63,208 nt of DNA from Neophaeotheca triangularis (GCA_054600435.1 BAAIJX010000045.1:124001-187208), one strand, 5' to 3'; positions 24,408 through 37,571 are shown, counted from the stretch's first letter. Made by a program: numbers and translations. Notes: generated by a model from the sequence alone, not told the origin.

Positions 24408-25443
24408 TAAAAAATTTACTCCTGAGCAAAAATTTACAATTTACAATTTGCTCCTGAGTAAAAATTTACAATTTACTCTTAAGTAAAATTTACAATTTGC
24501 TCCGGAGTAAAAAAAAAATCACAATTTGCTCCTAAGTAAAAATTTACAATTTGCTCCGGAGCAAAAATTTACAATTTACAATTTGCTCTCGAGCAAAAAT
24601 TTACAATTTACTCCTAAGCAAAAATTTACAATTTACCCCTGAGCAAAAATTTACAATTTGCTCTCGAGTAAAAATTTACTCACGAGCAAAAAATTACAAT
24701 TTACTCCTGAGTAAAAATTTACTCTCGAGCAAAAATATTTTACAATTTGCTCTTGAGTAAAAAAAATTACAATTTACAATTTGCTCTAGAGCAAAAACTC
24801 TTACAATTTACAATTTGCTCCGGAGCAAAAATTTACAATTTACAATTTGCTCTAGAGTAAAAACTCTTACAATTTACAATTTGCTCTGGAGCAAAAATTT
24901 ACAATTTACTCACGAGTAAAAATTTACTCTAGAGTAAAAATTTATAATTTACTCCTAAGCAAAAATTTACTCTCGAGCAAAAATTTATAATTTGCTCTGG
25001 AGTAAAAAAAAACCAAAATTTGCTCCTGAGTAAAAATTTACAATTTGCTCTAGAGCAAAAACTCACAATTTGCAATTTACTCTCGAGCAAAAAATTTTAC
25101 AATTTACAATTTACTCCTGAGTAAAATTTCACTCCTCGAGCAAAAATTTATAATTTACAATTTACAATTTACTCCTAAGTAAAAAATTTACAATTTACAA
25201 TTTGCTTTCGAGCAAAAATTTACAATTTGCTCTTAGGTAAAAATTTACTCCTGAGTAAAAATTTACTCCTAGAGCAAAAATTTACAATTTACAATTTACT
25301 ATCGAGCAAAAATTTACAATTTGCTCTTGAGTAAAAGTTTACTCCTGAGTAAAAATTTACAATTTACAATTTACAATTTACAATTTACAATTTACAATTT
25401 ACTCTTTACTCTTAGAGCAAAAATTTACTCCTGAAATTTACTC
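24408..25443. repeat. AT-rich array of ~37 palindromic units TTTRCTC-NN-GAGYAAA separated by 0 to several ACAATTT heptamers
   Basis: Counted by eye. Unit spacing is mostly 18, 25 or 32 nt (18+7n). It lies between the convergent 3' ends of AKR1 and the DUF2415-like gene. Confidence 0.95.
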
Positions 25444-25643
25444 ATGCGAGCCGTAGTCTCGCTTCTTGGTATAGTACAACAAACGCCTTAACCCAAACGG
25501 CCCGGTGTCCTGAAAATGGTCGTCATCCTAGCGTATCACATATTCAAACCCCTTCTCTCCCAAACACCATCCACAACCAATCCCCCTCGCCCTACAGGAG
25601 GGTAATACCGTATAGTCCCTCATCCCCACAGCGACTCCACCCC

Positions 25644-28426
25644 TCAAACAACCTCCACAGCCCCCCAAACCCTCCTCCCCTTTGTCCTCAAACTCAACTC
25701 GAAAATGCCCTCCTCGGTAGCAGCCCAAAGCCTGCCTCCATCCGGACTAACAGCCAAACCCGCCGTCCTCACACCTTCCGTCCCCGCCGCTCCTCCCAGC
25801 GGTCCGTAACTTGCGGTAAAACCGTAAACTCTGCCCAAACCCCTCGCGCCGCCCATGGCAGTAACTTCGAGAGCGCGTGCTTCTTCCAAGAGGCGGCGGG
25901 TCTCGTGAGCTGAGGCGCGGGCCCCTGTGGTGGGGATAGCGGTGGTGATGCTGCTAGGGTTTGCACCGGTATTGCGGTTCGGGCTCGCCGTGTTCGAGCC
26001 ACCGTCTCCCCGCGCCGCTGCCCGTAGCCCGTCGCGCACGGCTCGCACGTCGTCGCCAAGGAGGCGTGCAGTGTCGCCCACGCTGGCGATGTTTTCGCGC
26101 AGCAGGCGGAGGTCGTCTTCGGAGATGCCGCCAGGGCCTGCGGCGGAGCGGAGCGTGCTCGTTATGGCGCGGAGTTGGGCGTCCGAGGCTGCTTCGGCCG
26201 GGGTGCGGGTGCCGCGGGTGGTGGAAGAGCGCTCGGTGGCGGCGTGATTGCGAGTGGGGCGTGAGGCGGCGTAGACTGCTCGGGCTCTTTGGCGGGCGGC
26301 TTCTCGCTCGGCTGCGATGTCTGCTGGGGTCGGGCGGGCGGAGGTGGGGACGGGGTCGGGGCTTCGAGTCGTTGTGATGCCGTGGCGGTCAGAGCTTTCG
26401 TGGTCTAAATGCCATGTTGGTTGGGTTTGCTGGCGAGACTCTGTCGCTGACTCTTCTTGATCAGTGGGCTCAGGGATAGGAGGCGCCCTTGCCGCACCTT
26501 CGAAAAGCGGCCCTCTCTCAAGATCTAGTGTAGTCTGTATCTGGCGCCATGGATTGTCTTCATCTGATGCTTGCGCTTCTCGTCGTGCGGTAGAGCCGGA
26601 GCCAGAGTTCGATTCAGGAGGGGTGAGTAAGATGCTCGCTCTTCGCCTCGGCTGGCGCTGGGGACCGTCATTATGGGCAGACTCCCAGATGTTGGCAGGT
26701 TCGGGCAGGCCACGCAACGGAGGGATAGGACTGTCCCGGCCCCTGGAAGAAGTAGGACGCTCAGAGGCAGCATAAGCTCGTGTCAATTCAGGAAACGTCT
26801 CGGCCATGGAATCGAGGACATCGCTTGCAGGCATTGTAGTCCCGCCGGCTTCGGCGCTGTTCGGCGTTGATCTTGAGGAAGAGCCGCGTGAGTTTTGGGA
26901 GAAGAGGTCTGCGGTAGTGTAATTGACGTTTCGAGGGACCTCCCCTTGACTCCTCGCTTCCTCACGCTGTCGGGTCGTCCGCAGAGTCTCGAGTATTCGC
27001 TGCTCATGTGTGGTCAAGCCATGGGGATCGTCCTCCATGGCGGATCTCGCAGCATCGGTCTGTGAACGCAAGCTCATTAGCTCTTGTCTCGCTTGACGGT
27101 GCCTCCTCCTGGCCTCGATGTATTCCGTGGCATAATTTACATCACCGTTGTCGTTTCTTCTATGCCGACGCAAGAACTCGGCTTCGAGATCTTGAAGACT
27201 GCGTTGATGCTGCTGCTCCCGTTCCTCTTCACCTCCAGGCAAATCCTGCACTTGCTGCTTGTCGAGTTTCTCGTTCTTGAGATCGAGCTCAACCACCTGT
27301 TTGCTCCTCAGCCCAACTCTTAGATCGCCGACGCAGATCCTTCCTTGGTCTTCCGCCCAAATCAGCAGATCCCAAGGATCCGGACTAAACGTGATCGAGC
27401 GCACGGCACCCGGATGCGGCGGTGGCTGGTCAGCCCTCGAGCCTGGTACTGTCGCAACGATCGCCTCCTCGGGCTCCACTTCAGGATCGTCCATCAACGC
27501 CATGTCAAACACCGTCACATAGCCGCCTTCCGAACCAACCGCTACCAACCTCCCACTCGGGTTCCATGCCGTTGTAAAGTATCCTCTCACTTCATGCCTC
27601 TCACTGATGTGCAGCCTGACCACCGCCCTTTCTACCCACTCAACAGCATCGCTTCGCAATCGATTATGGGGCTTTGGTATCTGCGGCGGCGGACTCCTCA
27701 TCTCCCGCCAGAAAAAGTGCGCCTGGTTGTCATCGCCCACAGCGACCAGCGTTTTGCCATCCGGGCTAATTGTCGCATGGTTGATAGCAAAGGGCAAGTC
27801 CAGACAGCTCGTCTCCAAACTCCGAGGTAAGCTGTACATGCGTACTGTCTTGTCGTTGTTGGTGAGAACGGCGACAATGTCATCCAGATGGGCCTCCTCA
27901 TCCTGAATGCGATGGATGGAGATTGAATTGACAATCTCCTCGCCGATGCGCTCGACCTTTGTACGGGCCGTTCGTCGGCTCTCTCGTGCGCTGGCGTTGA
28001 AAGCAGTATACCGGTCCGTCTCGAGTGGAAGGCTGTCGTCTACTTCCGCGCCTGCGCCAGTGCCATCCAGCTTCACGGCGGCAAAGTGTCCCTCATCCTC
28101 GCCTCCCACACATACCCATCCGTAACCGCTGGCTGTGCATCTTGCCTCAAAAGGGAGAGTAACAATGTGTTTGCGCTTCTTCGTAGCCGTGTTGAGAAAG
28201 TAGACATCGTGGCCGCTAGCGTAATAGATGAGGTCGGGCTCGGAGGGGGAGTTGGAGATGTAGTGGCGTAGCTGCCAGTGGGAGATTGGTATGCGCAGAG
28301 GGTAGAAGGATTGCTGGGGGTCCACGAGATCGTCGGCGTCGCGATATCTGCAACAATGTCAGTCAGGATATGTTGTGCTGCCTGAGGTGCATGTGGTAGC
28401 GCTCACGGGATTTGATCGATAGCCAT
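25644..28426 (-). CDS. DUF2415-like WD40/beta-propeller protein
   Basis: LRIPISHWQLRHYIS, VLTNNDKTVRMYSL, INHATISPDG, GAVRSITFSPDPWDLLIWAEDQGRICVGDLR and C-terminal TAGLAVSPDGGRLWAATEEGIFE. Exon 1 (ATG 28426, MAIDQIP) joins via intron 28348-28406. Confidence 0.82.
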
Positions 28427-29060
28427 AGCCGTCGCCGCCGCCTTGTCGCTGACCTCGAGGATGGGTGTCTCGAGGAAGAGATGGGTGTTGTTAGTAGATG
28501 GCCAATCGTGAAGGTGCAAGAATAGGAACGAAACGTATAGGAGTAGTGGTCGGCGATGTGAATGCAAGTTAGTGAGGGGTGAATAGCAAGCAGAGACGGC
28601 CGGGGAGCAGGCGTTGTTGATTGTGTGGAGGAAGCTTCGAGGCCTACGTCAGAAGTTACGAGCATGTGAGATTCCATGTTCTTTGTACATTCATCCGGGT
28701 ACCGTTGCTCCACCTTGGCTTTTCTACAGAGTCGTCTTACCAATGTCGTATACACACGAGGCTTCCAAAGCAGACGACAAACGACTCAAACCATAGACAC
28801 TGAACGCTCAAAGACAAAAGGTTAATTCAAGATTTGAAAACATCGCTTGGGGAAACATCTCATGGCAGACACTGCTATGAACCTGATGTTATTGCCGGAA
28901 GTCACCACTTCGGCCATCATCCCTGGGAAGCAACCTTCGAACGCATCGCTGAACGGGTGTCCGACGCCATACGCCTTCGCATGCCGGCGCTTGATTTTGT
29001 TAAACAACCCCTTCAATCATGATCTCGTGACTCGTCATTTGGTGGGATGAAGAGATGAGG

Positions 29061-30233
29061 CTACTTGGTATCCTTCTGCACCTTTTCCACCGTCTTCTGC
29101 ACGTCGGCGAAGAGAGGGTGCTTCTCCTCGAGACCCGTCAACTTCTCCGTCGCAGTCTTGGCGTCGTTGTCCTTGAGGATCTTGGCGAGCTCAGCGCTCT
29201 CGTCGTCGCCCTCGACGTTCTGGAAACGCAGAGCCATCTCGATGCCGCCGAGGAGGTGCGTGTACTTGCTTCCCTGTTCGGCGAGGAGGGCAGCGGGACC
29301 GATGAAACGCTCCTTGCGACTCAACTTGCGCATGGGGGCACGTCCGACACGCTCCACATTGTCCTTGAGCACGGGATTGGAGATGCGCTCGACAATCTTC
29401 TTGACGTAATCTTCCTGCTCTTGCTTGCTGATGTGGGTGTGCTTCGAGGTGATGATGTGAGCCGTCTCCTTGAGCGTGTCCTGGACAATGTCGTGGAGCT
29501 CCTTGTCTTGCAGCACATCGTGAATGTACTTCTTGCCCTTGTTGTGGCCGTAGTAGGCAGCGGTGGCGTGGCCGGTGTTGACGGTGTAGAGCTTGCGCTC
29601 GATGTACGGGGTGAGGTCATCGACGTAGTGGACGCCCTTGATGTCCGGCGGGCTGCTGGGCTTGAAGGGCTCGCTCTCGACGCACCACTCGAAGAACTTC
29701 TCAATCATGACGCTCATGCCCATGCCCTCTGGCTGGATGGGAACGATGCGGTCAATGGCAGAGTTGGCGAAGCGAGCCTTGTCCTTGATGTTGGACTTGG
29801 TGCTGTCGTCCAGGTGGCCCTCGATGAAGCCACGGAGGGTGTCGGTACCACCAATGGCGTTCTCGCAGGCGATGACGGCAAGGGGCTGGTCGGCCTTGCG
29901 AGCCATGATGCCCTTGGCGATGGGCTCGGCAATGAACTTGAGAATGTTGGGGCCAACAGCGCAGGTGACAATGTCGGCAGTAGCAATCTCCTCAATGACC
30001 TTGGGCATCTCGTGCTTGGAGTTGATGGCACGGAAGTTGTCGATGGTGAATTTGGTCTCGCCATCAGGGCCAATCTCGGTGACCTCGTACTTGGGGGTCT
30101 TCTGGAGGGTCGAAATCAACTCGTCCATAACGTCGACGAAGACGACCTCATAGCCAGAGTTGTGAAGGAATTCGGCAACGAAGCCACGGCCGATGTTGCC
30201 GCCGCCGAAGTGAACGCCTTTCTTGCCGGCCAT
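29061..30233 (-). CDS. mpdA: Mannitol-1-phosphate 5-dehydrogenase
   Basis: [18 protein letters not shown] (Rossmann), [43 protein letters not shown] and [22 protein letters not shown]. Strong codon bias. Probable 5'-UTR intron at about 30265-30355. Confidence 0.96.
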   Translation of the reverse strand: MAGKKGVHFGGGNIGRGFVAEFLHNSGYEVVFVDVMDELISTLQKTPKYEVTEIGPDGETKFTIDNFRAINSKHEMPKVIEEIATADIVTCAVGPNILKFIAEPIAKGIMARKADQPLAVIACENAIGGTDTLRGFIEGHLDDSTKSNIKDKARFANSAIDRIVPIQPEGMGMSVMIEKFFEWCVESEPFKPSSPPDIKGVHYVDDLTPYIERKLYTVNTGHATAAYYGHNKGKKYIHDVLQDKELHDIVQDTLKETAHIITSKHTHISKQEQEDYVKKIVERISNPVLKDNVERVGRAPMRKLSRKERFIGPAALLAEQGSKYTHLLGGIEMALRFQNVEGDDESAELAKILKDNDAKTATEKLTGLEEKHPLFADVQKTVEKVQKDTK

Positions 30234-31509
30234 GTTGGTATGGTTTGTTGGTTTCGGTTTGAGTCTGAAGGGAAGGGTATATTTGTTTAGAGTTACTCTT
30301 GTGCAAGTGGGAATTGGGTCCAAGCTACTGGAGCTCACTGCGGAGGCCATACTTACGCTGTGAAGTGGTGGTATGCCGTCGGGTGTGGTGGAGTGTTGTT
30401 GGTGGTATGGCAGTGGAGGGGAGTATTGGAGAGGATGGAGTGGGAAGAGAGGAAGAGGAGTGGAATCAGGTAGAGAAGTGAGAAGTGGAAGGAAGGAAGG
30501 TGGTGGTAGTACAATGTTTCCAAACGTGAGGCAGCTGCAGCTGGGAAGGGAAGGGGCGGGGCGGGGCAGCAGCAACGTCAAGCACGGTCAAGCTACTACA
30601 CGGTGTGACGGTGGAACGCTCTCGGCCCCTGCCGAGCGCAGCCCCTCCCACAAACGTTCCTTTCCCCTTTCTTCACTTCACTTCACTTCACTTCATAATG
30701 GGCTTTGCAAGTACCAGGACAAAGGTCTGCGTTTACATCGCCTCCTTGAACCACCACACCTCATTTCTCCCGGCCTTGCCTAAATAAGGTAGGTAGGCAC
30801 TCGACCAGCGCTTCCAAGCCGGCGCCTCGGGCAGACGTGCGTTCAATATGTAATATGAACGTCACTCGTCGGAAGGTCTGGGAGAAGCTCGATTGTATCT
30901 GATAGAAATATGAGCCTACGCTGCGAGATATACCGGCCGAAACGCCATTACCGCAACGAGTCAACTAATATGACAGAATAGGGCGGAAAATTGTCAATCA
31001 GCAGAGTGAGGGGTAGCGGTTCTCTTGTCATTTGGAAGGTGGGAATTCAGACTAGGAAGGTTAAGTATTAACGGTATTGTTCAGGTATTCTCCTTTGCTG
31101 TTCTAGTCCAGACGAATGGTCGATAAAAGCGAACGTTGTGAAGGTGCTCTATTCCGCCACTGATCGTGGGTATAAGATATCTCACTGGCAGGCTTCATCG
31201 ACATAGGGACATACCACCTGGCATGTGCTTGGAAGAACGAGCTAGCGACACTGAGCGACCTGAAAGCTGGAAAAAGGTGCCCGTCTTAGCTTCCGCCAGG
31301 TGAAGGTAGGGTAGACCGCGTCCAGTGGCAGAACATCGACAAGCGCAACACAGCGTTGAGACACAATGCAACACTCGAGACAACGGCACTGTGTCGTATA
31401 CCTACCATGCCAGCAATGCTCCGCCATAAATTCACACCACTGCCTGCCCTAAACAAGCCTAACCAGAATGCGACATCCCCTCTGAACTTTCTTACCCACC
31501 TCCACCACC

Positions 31510-32323
31510 ATGCCGTGCGACAAGCCAGGCCACGTTCACGAATGGCCAACTGAAGAAGGCACCCTCGAAATTGCACGCTGCGAGCGCACCTGCAGCTACT
31601 GCCCGACTCGAGAGCACTTCGCCCACGCCTCAAGTCTGATCCGGCATGTGAAGAGGTTCCATGCTGGGCCCGTTGTGGAAGGGGAAGAAACGCGTGCTGA
31701 TGGGTCTAGGCCTACTCATCCCGGTATCGAGGTGAGAATGATGCTGGCGTGAGTTATGCCCGAAGACTTCACCGGTGCGAGTCTGAATTGACGATGTGCC
31801 TAGGAGCGAGAAGGTGAGAGGCGATGTCGGAGAGGTTGCAGGGAGAGATGAAGAGGATAGCGGCAGTGGTCAGCCCGAGGCTCCGCCCGTCTTGAACCTG
31901 AGGACCAAGAAGCAGCCCAAGAAGGGAGGGGAAAGACCTCACAAGAAGGCTCAACGGCAGGCGGCGATTCATCAGAAGCGTGCAACATCCCACAACAACA
32001 AAGCAGCCGACACAAACGTCCATCCCTCCTCGCGCGCTCGAACTCGCCAAGTAACTTTCGAAGACGAGAACAACGTTTCCGAGGACGATATTGTACAGAC
32101 AGTGGAGCCGACGCCGCCAACTCGCAACCTCCGAAAGCGAAAAGCCACCGAGCTCGTGGAGGAGGATGAGCAGGGGGAGATGGGAGAAGGACTGGAAAAT
32201 CGCGAGGACCGAGCAGTGCTGGTGGTGGAGATGGAATTGGTAGCGCACGCATTGGCCCATGGTATCATCGAGGGTATGAGGATCTTTCGCGATGGTGGCG
32301 CTTTCAAGAGGCGTAGGGGTTGA
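31510..32323 (+). CDS. Hypothetical protein with one C2H2-like zinc finger
   Basis: CSYCPTREHFAHASSLIRHVKRFH. A phase-2 intron at 31749-31803 (GTGAGT...TTGAC...TAG) joins the 80-aa and 175-aa ORFs in frame. Basic NLS-like segments. Confidence 0.55.
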
Positions 32324-32453
32324 GTACTCTTCCGCAGTCCGGGCGAAGGCGGCATTTGTTGCAGGCGGCTGGCGTCTGAAGGTTGTTCTTGCGGTACAAT
32401 TCCTTGCGCCCAGCGAAAGTATTGATGTAGAACCTGGCCAGTCAACAAATTTA

Positions 32454-34692
32454 CTACATCGTATAGCTCTGATACGCAAAGTCGTCATGTTCAAGCGTCC
32501 CCGGAAAGCCTCCAACATCCTGGAAGAGGTGATTAATATTGTCCGAGTTGTTGAAGAACATGTGAAAGGACGGATCTGCCGCAATACCCCAATCGCTCAG
32601 AGTCACGTTATCAAGTCCGGGCGTGACGAGTGCGCCGTTGCCCCCATTGACTTCATTCGCAAAAGCCGCACCCATGGGCTGTGCAGGCATCATAGGTACA
32701 TTGGCAGGAGGGTTGGTAGCGGCATTGTTGGCTGGAGTGTTCAAATGCGATGCTTGAGCGCTCCGAGGTCCTTCATCGCGGCTTTGAGGACTGGTGGAGG
32801 AATGCCGTACAGTCTGTCGTAGTCGCGATAAGACCCTCAGCGAGCGTGTGGCGGCTTTATTGGAAGGCGAGAGAGTCGCCAAACACTCCTCGGCGAGAGA
32901 AGACAGCTGCTCATAGGTCCTCAAGTCTTCATCTCTTTCAGCCTGGGCTAGATGGACGACGCTGGCGTAGGAGGCCTGATGGACACTCAGTGCGAGGCAG
33001 GCTTGCAGTAGAAAGTATACAGCATACCAGCTCAGGCCATTGTTCATGTTAGGTGACCGCTGGCAGAAAGCCGAGATGTGCTCGATCGTCTCACAGGCGA
33101 CAACCCTATATCTTCTACCGCTTAGCACTCTATCGTGCACATCGGTATGGTGTTTCTGGCTGGCTAAGAGAAGGAGCATGCGAAGGTTCGCTTGTTTCCA
33201 CAATACGAGCTGTCGGCCAAGATCGAACCAGTCCGGCACGTCGGCTACCCAGAAGTAGGATGGTAGGGAAGCCCGCCAATTGCTGATCATCTGTTCCATT
33301 ATGGAGGTTTGCTGGTCTACTTCGGAGCTCGGCGACGCTGACATGAATTGGGCGTGAATCTTGCTGGCGATGCGTGCTAGTCGAGCCTGTGCAATGAGCA
33401 ATGAGTAAGCGGTAGGGTAAGATACTTCAGGCGGCATGGGGCTCTTCGTATCGCACTGCGAATCGTCGATGTTGAGCGGGAACTGTATGTCGATGAAGGA
33501 ATTTGAGACCAGAATCGGGCGGCCTGTTGTGATACTGAAGCCAGTGTCGAAGCAATACAAACACCAGAAGAGTACCCTTCGACGATGTATTGCCAGACTG
33601 TTCTGATCACCACTGCCCCCAGGCTCGCGGTGTAGACCTAAACCTAGAGCCATCCTATACGCAATGCCTAGGAAATTGTAGCCGGTGTTCGGACGGTCGA
33701 CCTTTTGGAGGTAGTTACCCATGAGAAGAAATGCCTGGACGCTGTGTGCGTTGCCAGACTCGAGGTGCCGGATGTCGAATCGCGAGCGCGCAGCATCGTA
33801 ATACAACGAGTGCTCGTCACTGCAATACCCCAAGACCCATTCTCCAATGGCAAGTACCATGAAATAGACTAGATGCCAGGAATTCTCCCTTGGGATTCTT
33901 GATCGGACAGCTACCTTGTCCATGAAAGTGCGCTCGTGAAGAATAGGATAGCAAGCATTGTAGTATAAGAAGTAAGCATCGATGAGGTGCTGTTGCATCA
34001 TGGTTGCGGACAAGCCGTTTGAATCTCGAGAAACCAGAGGAGGGAGGTTGATTCGAGGTACGGGGTTGTTCGTCTCATTACCACCTCGCTCGCTAGAGTG
34101 AGCTCTCGAATGGTCTGGGAGCAGATGAGGGATGGATTGGAGCATGCTGTAGCCTGAGCTGTTTCCTTGAACGCTGTTAATTCTCGCAATATTGGTTAAA
34201 GTGACTTTATGAGGACTCACCAAGATATCCAGCAGCTTCGCCGCCCTCGCTGAACAGGGCCATGCCGTCTGGAGCCTTGCGAGCACGACTTGCAGAATGG
34301 ACGCCGTTGCCACTCAGACTTTCATTCCATTCGTACGGCGTTGCGGCTTCCTCTGTTGGCTTTGAAGAACGGTCTGCTGTCGCAGCTTCTGCCTCGACTG
34401 TCTCCTTGTAATCTCCTACAGGCTCAGATGGGCGTGAAATCTCTGGTGGAACGCTGCCGCCAGCCTGTTGGAGCGCTGCTTCTAGCTGCCTTAGACGCTC
34501 TTCGGCAGCATCGAGATTGCGGCGGGTTAATGGAGTCCGCGACTGCTTCTCAGAGAAGACGCAAGTTTTTCCTGCTTTCGTGCAGTAACTGCAAGAGTCG
34601 CCCGAGCCTGGTAGGCATTTCGTCTTGCGTCGCTGGCATTGCAAACAAGCCCGCTCCGATGGGGTGGCGCGAGATGTGCGAATCGCACTCAT
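32454..34692 (-). CDS. Gal4/Lac9/GalX-like Zn(II)2Cys6 transcription factor
   Basis: CLQCQRRKTKC...CSYCTKAGKTC followed by the Gal4-type linker/coiled coil RTPLTRRNLDAAEERLRQLE. Middle-homology region GNYLQKVDRPNTGYNFLGIAYRMALGLGLHRE. One intron at about 34166-34220. Confidence 0.85.
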
Positions 34693-34835
34693 GTCGAGCT
34701 GTGGTGATGTTCCGACGCTCTTCTGGGTTCTCGGAGTCGTGCGCCCCGGTGGCGCAAAAGCATTGGGGCGCGCAAGTGCAGTCACTTTACAGCGGAGATG
34801 AAGTTGAAGTCGGCGTGTGTTCGCCGGGGCGATAT

Positions 34836-34852
34836 CGGAGGAGAGTGTTCCG
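34836..34852. promoter_or_regulatory. Gal4-type CGG-N11-CCG site (CGGAGGAGAGTGTTCCG) 144 nt upstream of the Gal4-like TF
   Basis: Exact CGG-N11-CCG spacing, with a spacer closely resembling S. cerevisiae UASG sites. Confidence 0.55.
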
Positions 34853-35066
34853 ATTATACCTCCCAAGACAGCGACTCTCCCTCGCATCTCCTAATAAACA
34901 CCATGCTCTACTTGAACATCACGTGGATATGAAGTGATGAAGTACGAGCCGTCTTGAAATACGACAGTGGACGCGACAGATCGTTCCTCACGCAAAGTAC
35001 CCTAGGAATCATCCATCGTTGGTTCACGGCTACGCCCAAATTTGAAGGAGCGTGCTAAGCATCAAT

Positions 35067-35480
35067 TTATTCAGCAGCAGCTATTCTTCGCCACTGTTCC
35101 AATACCTTTTCCCTCTCCGCCTCACTCGACATCTCAATTTCTTGATCCTCGGCGCGTACGTCTGCTTCTTCGCACGCACGCACCTCACCACCCCGCCGCC
35201 GCCGCCAGCTTTGTTCCACGCCATCGTACACATCACCCACGAGGCCATATGTACCAGCTGTAGGTTTGCACACGAAGCCTCCAAGTCCCATGCCAAACCC
35301 CTTGGCAAACCCCAGTGCCCCCTTCTTCTTCGCCTGCGAATACGGCTGGACGAAGAGACCTGTTACTCCATCGTATAGGATAGAACGCACGTCTGTCCGG
35401 CACTAAATGGCATCGCAATGTATCCTCATTCTCGTAGAAGGGCGCACTACCCAGAGGAGGGACGACATCGTCGACAGTCT
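35067..35480 (-). pseudogene. Remnant of the C-terminus of a fungal GT1/sterol glucosyltransferase-like gene
   Basis: LYDGVTGLFVQPYSQAKKKGALGFAKGFGMGLGGFVCKPTAGTYGLVG, preceded in another frame by SAPFYENEDTLR. No catalytic domain or credible start. Confidence 0.6.
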
Positions 35481-37571
35481 GGACACTTGATGCTGAGGCG
35501 GCGCTCATCAACCTTGTAGTATCCTCTCCATTCTGGCGTTCGTGGCGCCTATAAGCTGGAACTTCCGCAATTTGGGCCCCTGAAGCTTTTGTTGTCATAC
35601 TGATGAGCCAGCTACGATTGCACAAGTGCCAGAGATAGCTGGAGCTAGGTATACCCGCCACATAGGTCAAGAAGCTCGATATAAGTCCTACTAGTACCCG
35701 GACTTCTTCTTGAAGCGCTCGTACTAGGGAAGTCGCTGCCTTGAACTAGAACTCGGATGCTGGTTGTTCCGCGACATTCGTCATCAGACGGTTAGGGGCA
35801 CAGCCACCCTACTGAACTCTCAAGTGGTGGCCAACAATGCTCGCGCGCCTGCTCTTTCCTGTGAAGTTTCATTGCCACGACCGGACAGATAGGTCAGCCT
35901 CAAGTTGGAGAAATATGCGAGCTTTCCTACGCAAGTCACCACTTTGTAAGGTAAAGAATAGTTGCTACCCATCTTCTCTCCTCTCGGCGACTCGTTCGGA
36001 GGTCCGCTCGGCCTGCATGCAATCTTGGACAGTGTAAGGCCAAACATTGCCTGTCAGGCGTCTTGACAAATGTGCTCTGCCATCATTGGCAAAACTCGAT
36101 CGCAGTTACATTCCACGGTCGGCGCTGCCTCCCAGCAGAGGCATGCGTTCACGTTGTGCCTGTAGCATGACGCGCTGTATGCACGCGACCGTGCCAGCCG
36201 CCTAGGCACCTGGGCGCGCTATATATCCATATGCTTATTGAACGCCAGCGACGTCAACAATTGTAGCAACTCGTGGCGAACACATGCTTTCGCCTTCCCG
36301 GTCAGCCATGTGCGATGTACCTATACCACTCCCCGCACTCGAGAGCGCGGAGTGCAGCGGGAACGTAGAGAACGGGCGTAGATGACGATCGCGGCGCCAA
36401 ATATGTGGCATGGGCGTAGCCAATCGAATGGATTTTGATGGTCTCGAGGTTCGATGGCTGTACATGATGTTTAGCTTGGCCTTCACATCGATCTTGACGG
36501 AGGCAGGTTTTGACTCCTACCACCATCGCATCGGCTTCCACGTCGAAGCCGTCGACACAGCAACGTCGCGCGCCGTGAACGCACGCCAAACACGGTGCGG
36601 CGGTACCGTTTGGGAGTGCCGATGACTATGACATTCCGAGGATGCAAAAGCACAAAAGGCTTGTATCTCCTTGGCGTGCGCGAGACGGATGTCCGACGCC
36701 TCGCTCCCAGCCCGACATCCGTGGAGAGATTCTCAGGAATTGGTCACGCGCCTGGTGATATATCTAAAAATGAATATAAAAGCCCGTGTGCTTACCAGCT
36801 ACAGGCCTATCAGGCGGGCTCAAGGTTGGTGCCAGCGGGGTCGAAAACAGTATTGTATTTCTTCGCCATGGGGCTCTATGTTCAGTTGTAGGTTCGCCCG
36901 TGGGGGCTAGAAGTATTCGGACCGACATGTGCATCGGTTCGGCTCAGTGAGGGTCTTGCAGTCTTTTTATTTATTACTACTGTTGCTTCTCGGGGCTGAA
37001 TGTCGGAGAAGTGAGAGGCCTGACATGAGTCGACTCGAAGCCTTGACCTCGACAGCAACGGTGCGAGCAAAGGAGTATACCCAGGTAGGTTGGTGTAACA
37101 AGTACCGACATAATTTGACCGCGATGAGACCGCGTGCCATGGGAGCCAAGATACCTTACCTTACTCTTCAAGTCGAGTAGATGGAGCTGGGTTGTTGCTC
37201 ACATAATCAACACATCGACTTCAAACCGCTCTCTTTTCTGCCATATTGCAGGACTACAGACTCGAACAAACCGACGGCCGCGGTCAAGGTGAGGTCTATC
37301 TACTCGAAACGACACGGATTTCAGCGATGATCGTGGGTAATGCAAATCGTTCCGAGGAAACCGCGTCGATAAGGCGCGGCCAAGACAATACAAGAAATTT
37401 GGCTTGCGAAGCTGGCATTGGCAAAGTGGGCATGACGTCCTGTGTCAGACCCAAGCACTCGAATCAGGTAGGACGAATGATCATCTTATAAAATCTCTGG
37501 GGCTCTCCTCTTCCATCGTTTCTGCTGCGGAGCTTTACTTTCCATCAACATCGTCGCTGAAGGTTGCAATC

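Noticed and set aside
24551..24760. 69-aa ORF inside the array
   Set aside because: It is a translation of the repeat itself, with a non-ATG start and no coding features.
24408..25443. CRISPR array interpretation of the palindromic repeat
   Set aside because: The spacers are repeated ACAATTT heptamers rather than unique 25-45 nt sequences. There are no cas genes and the context is eukaryotic.
29055..30290. 411-aa plus-strand ORF (likewise 7333-8307, 9240-10373 and 10989-11759)
   Set aside because: These are antisense shadows of strongly codon-biased genes (mpdA, FAA1, HRQ1) with no recognisable motifs.
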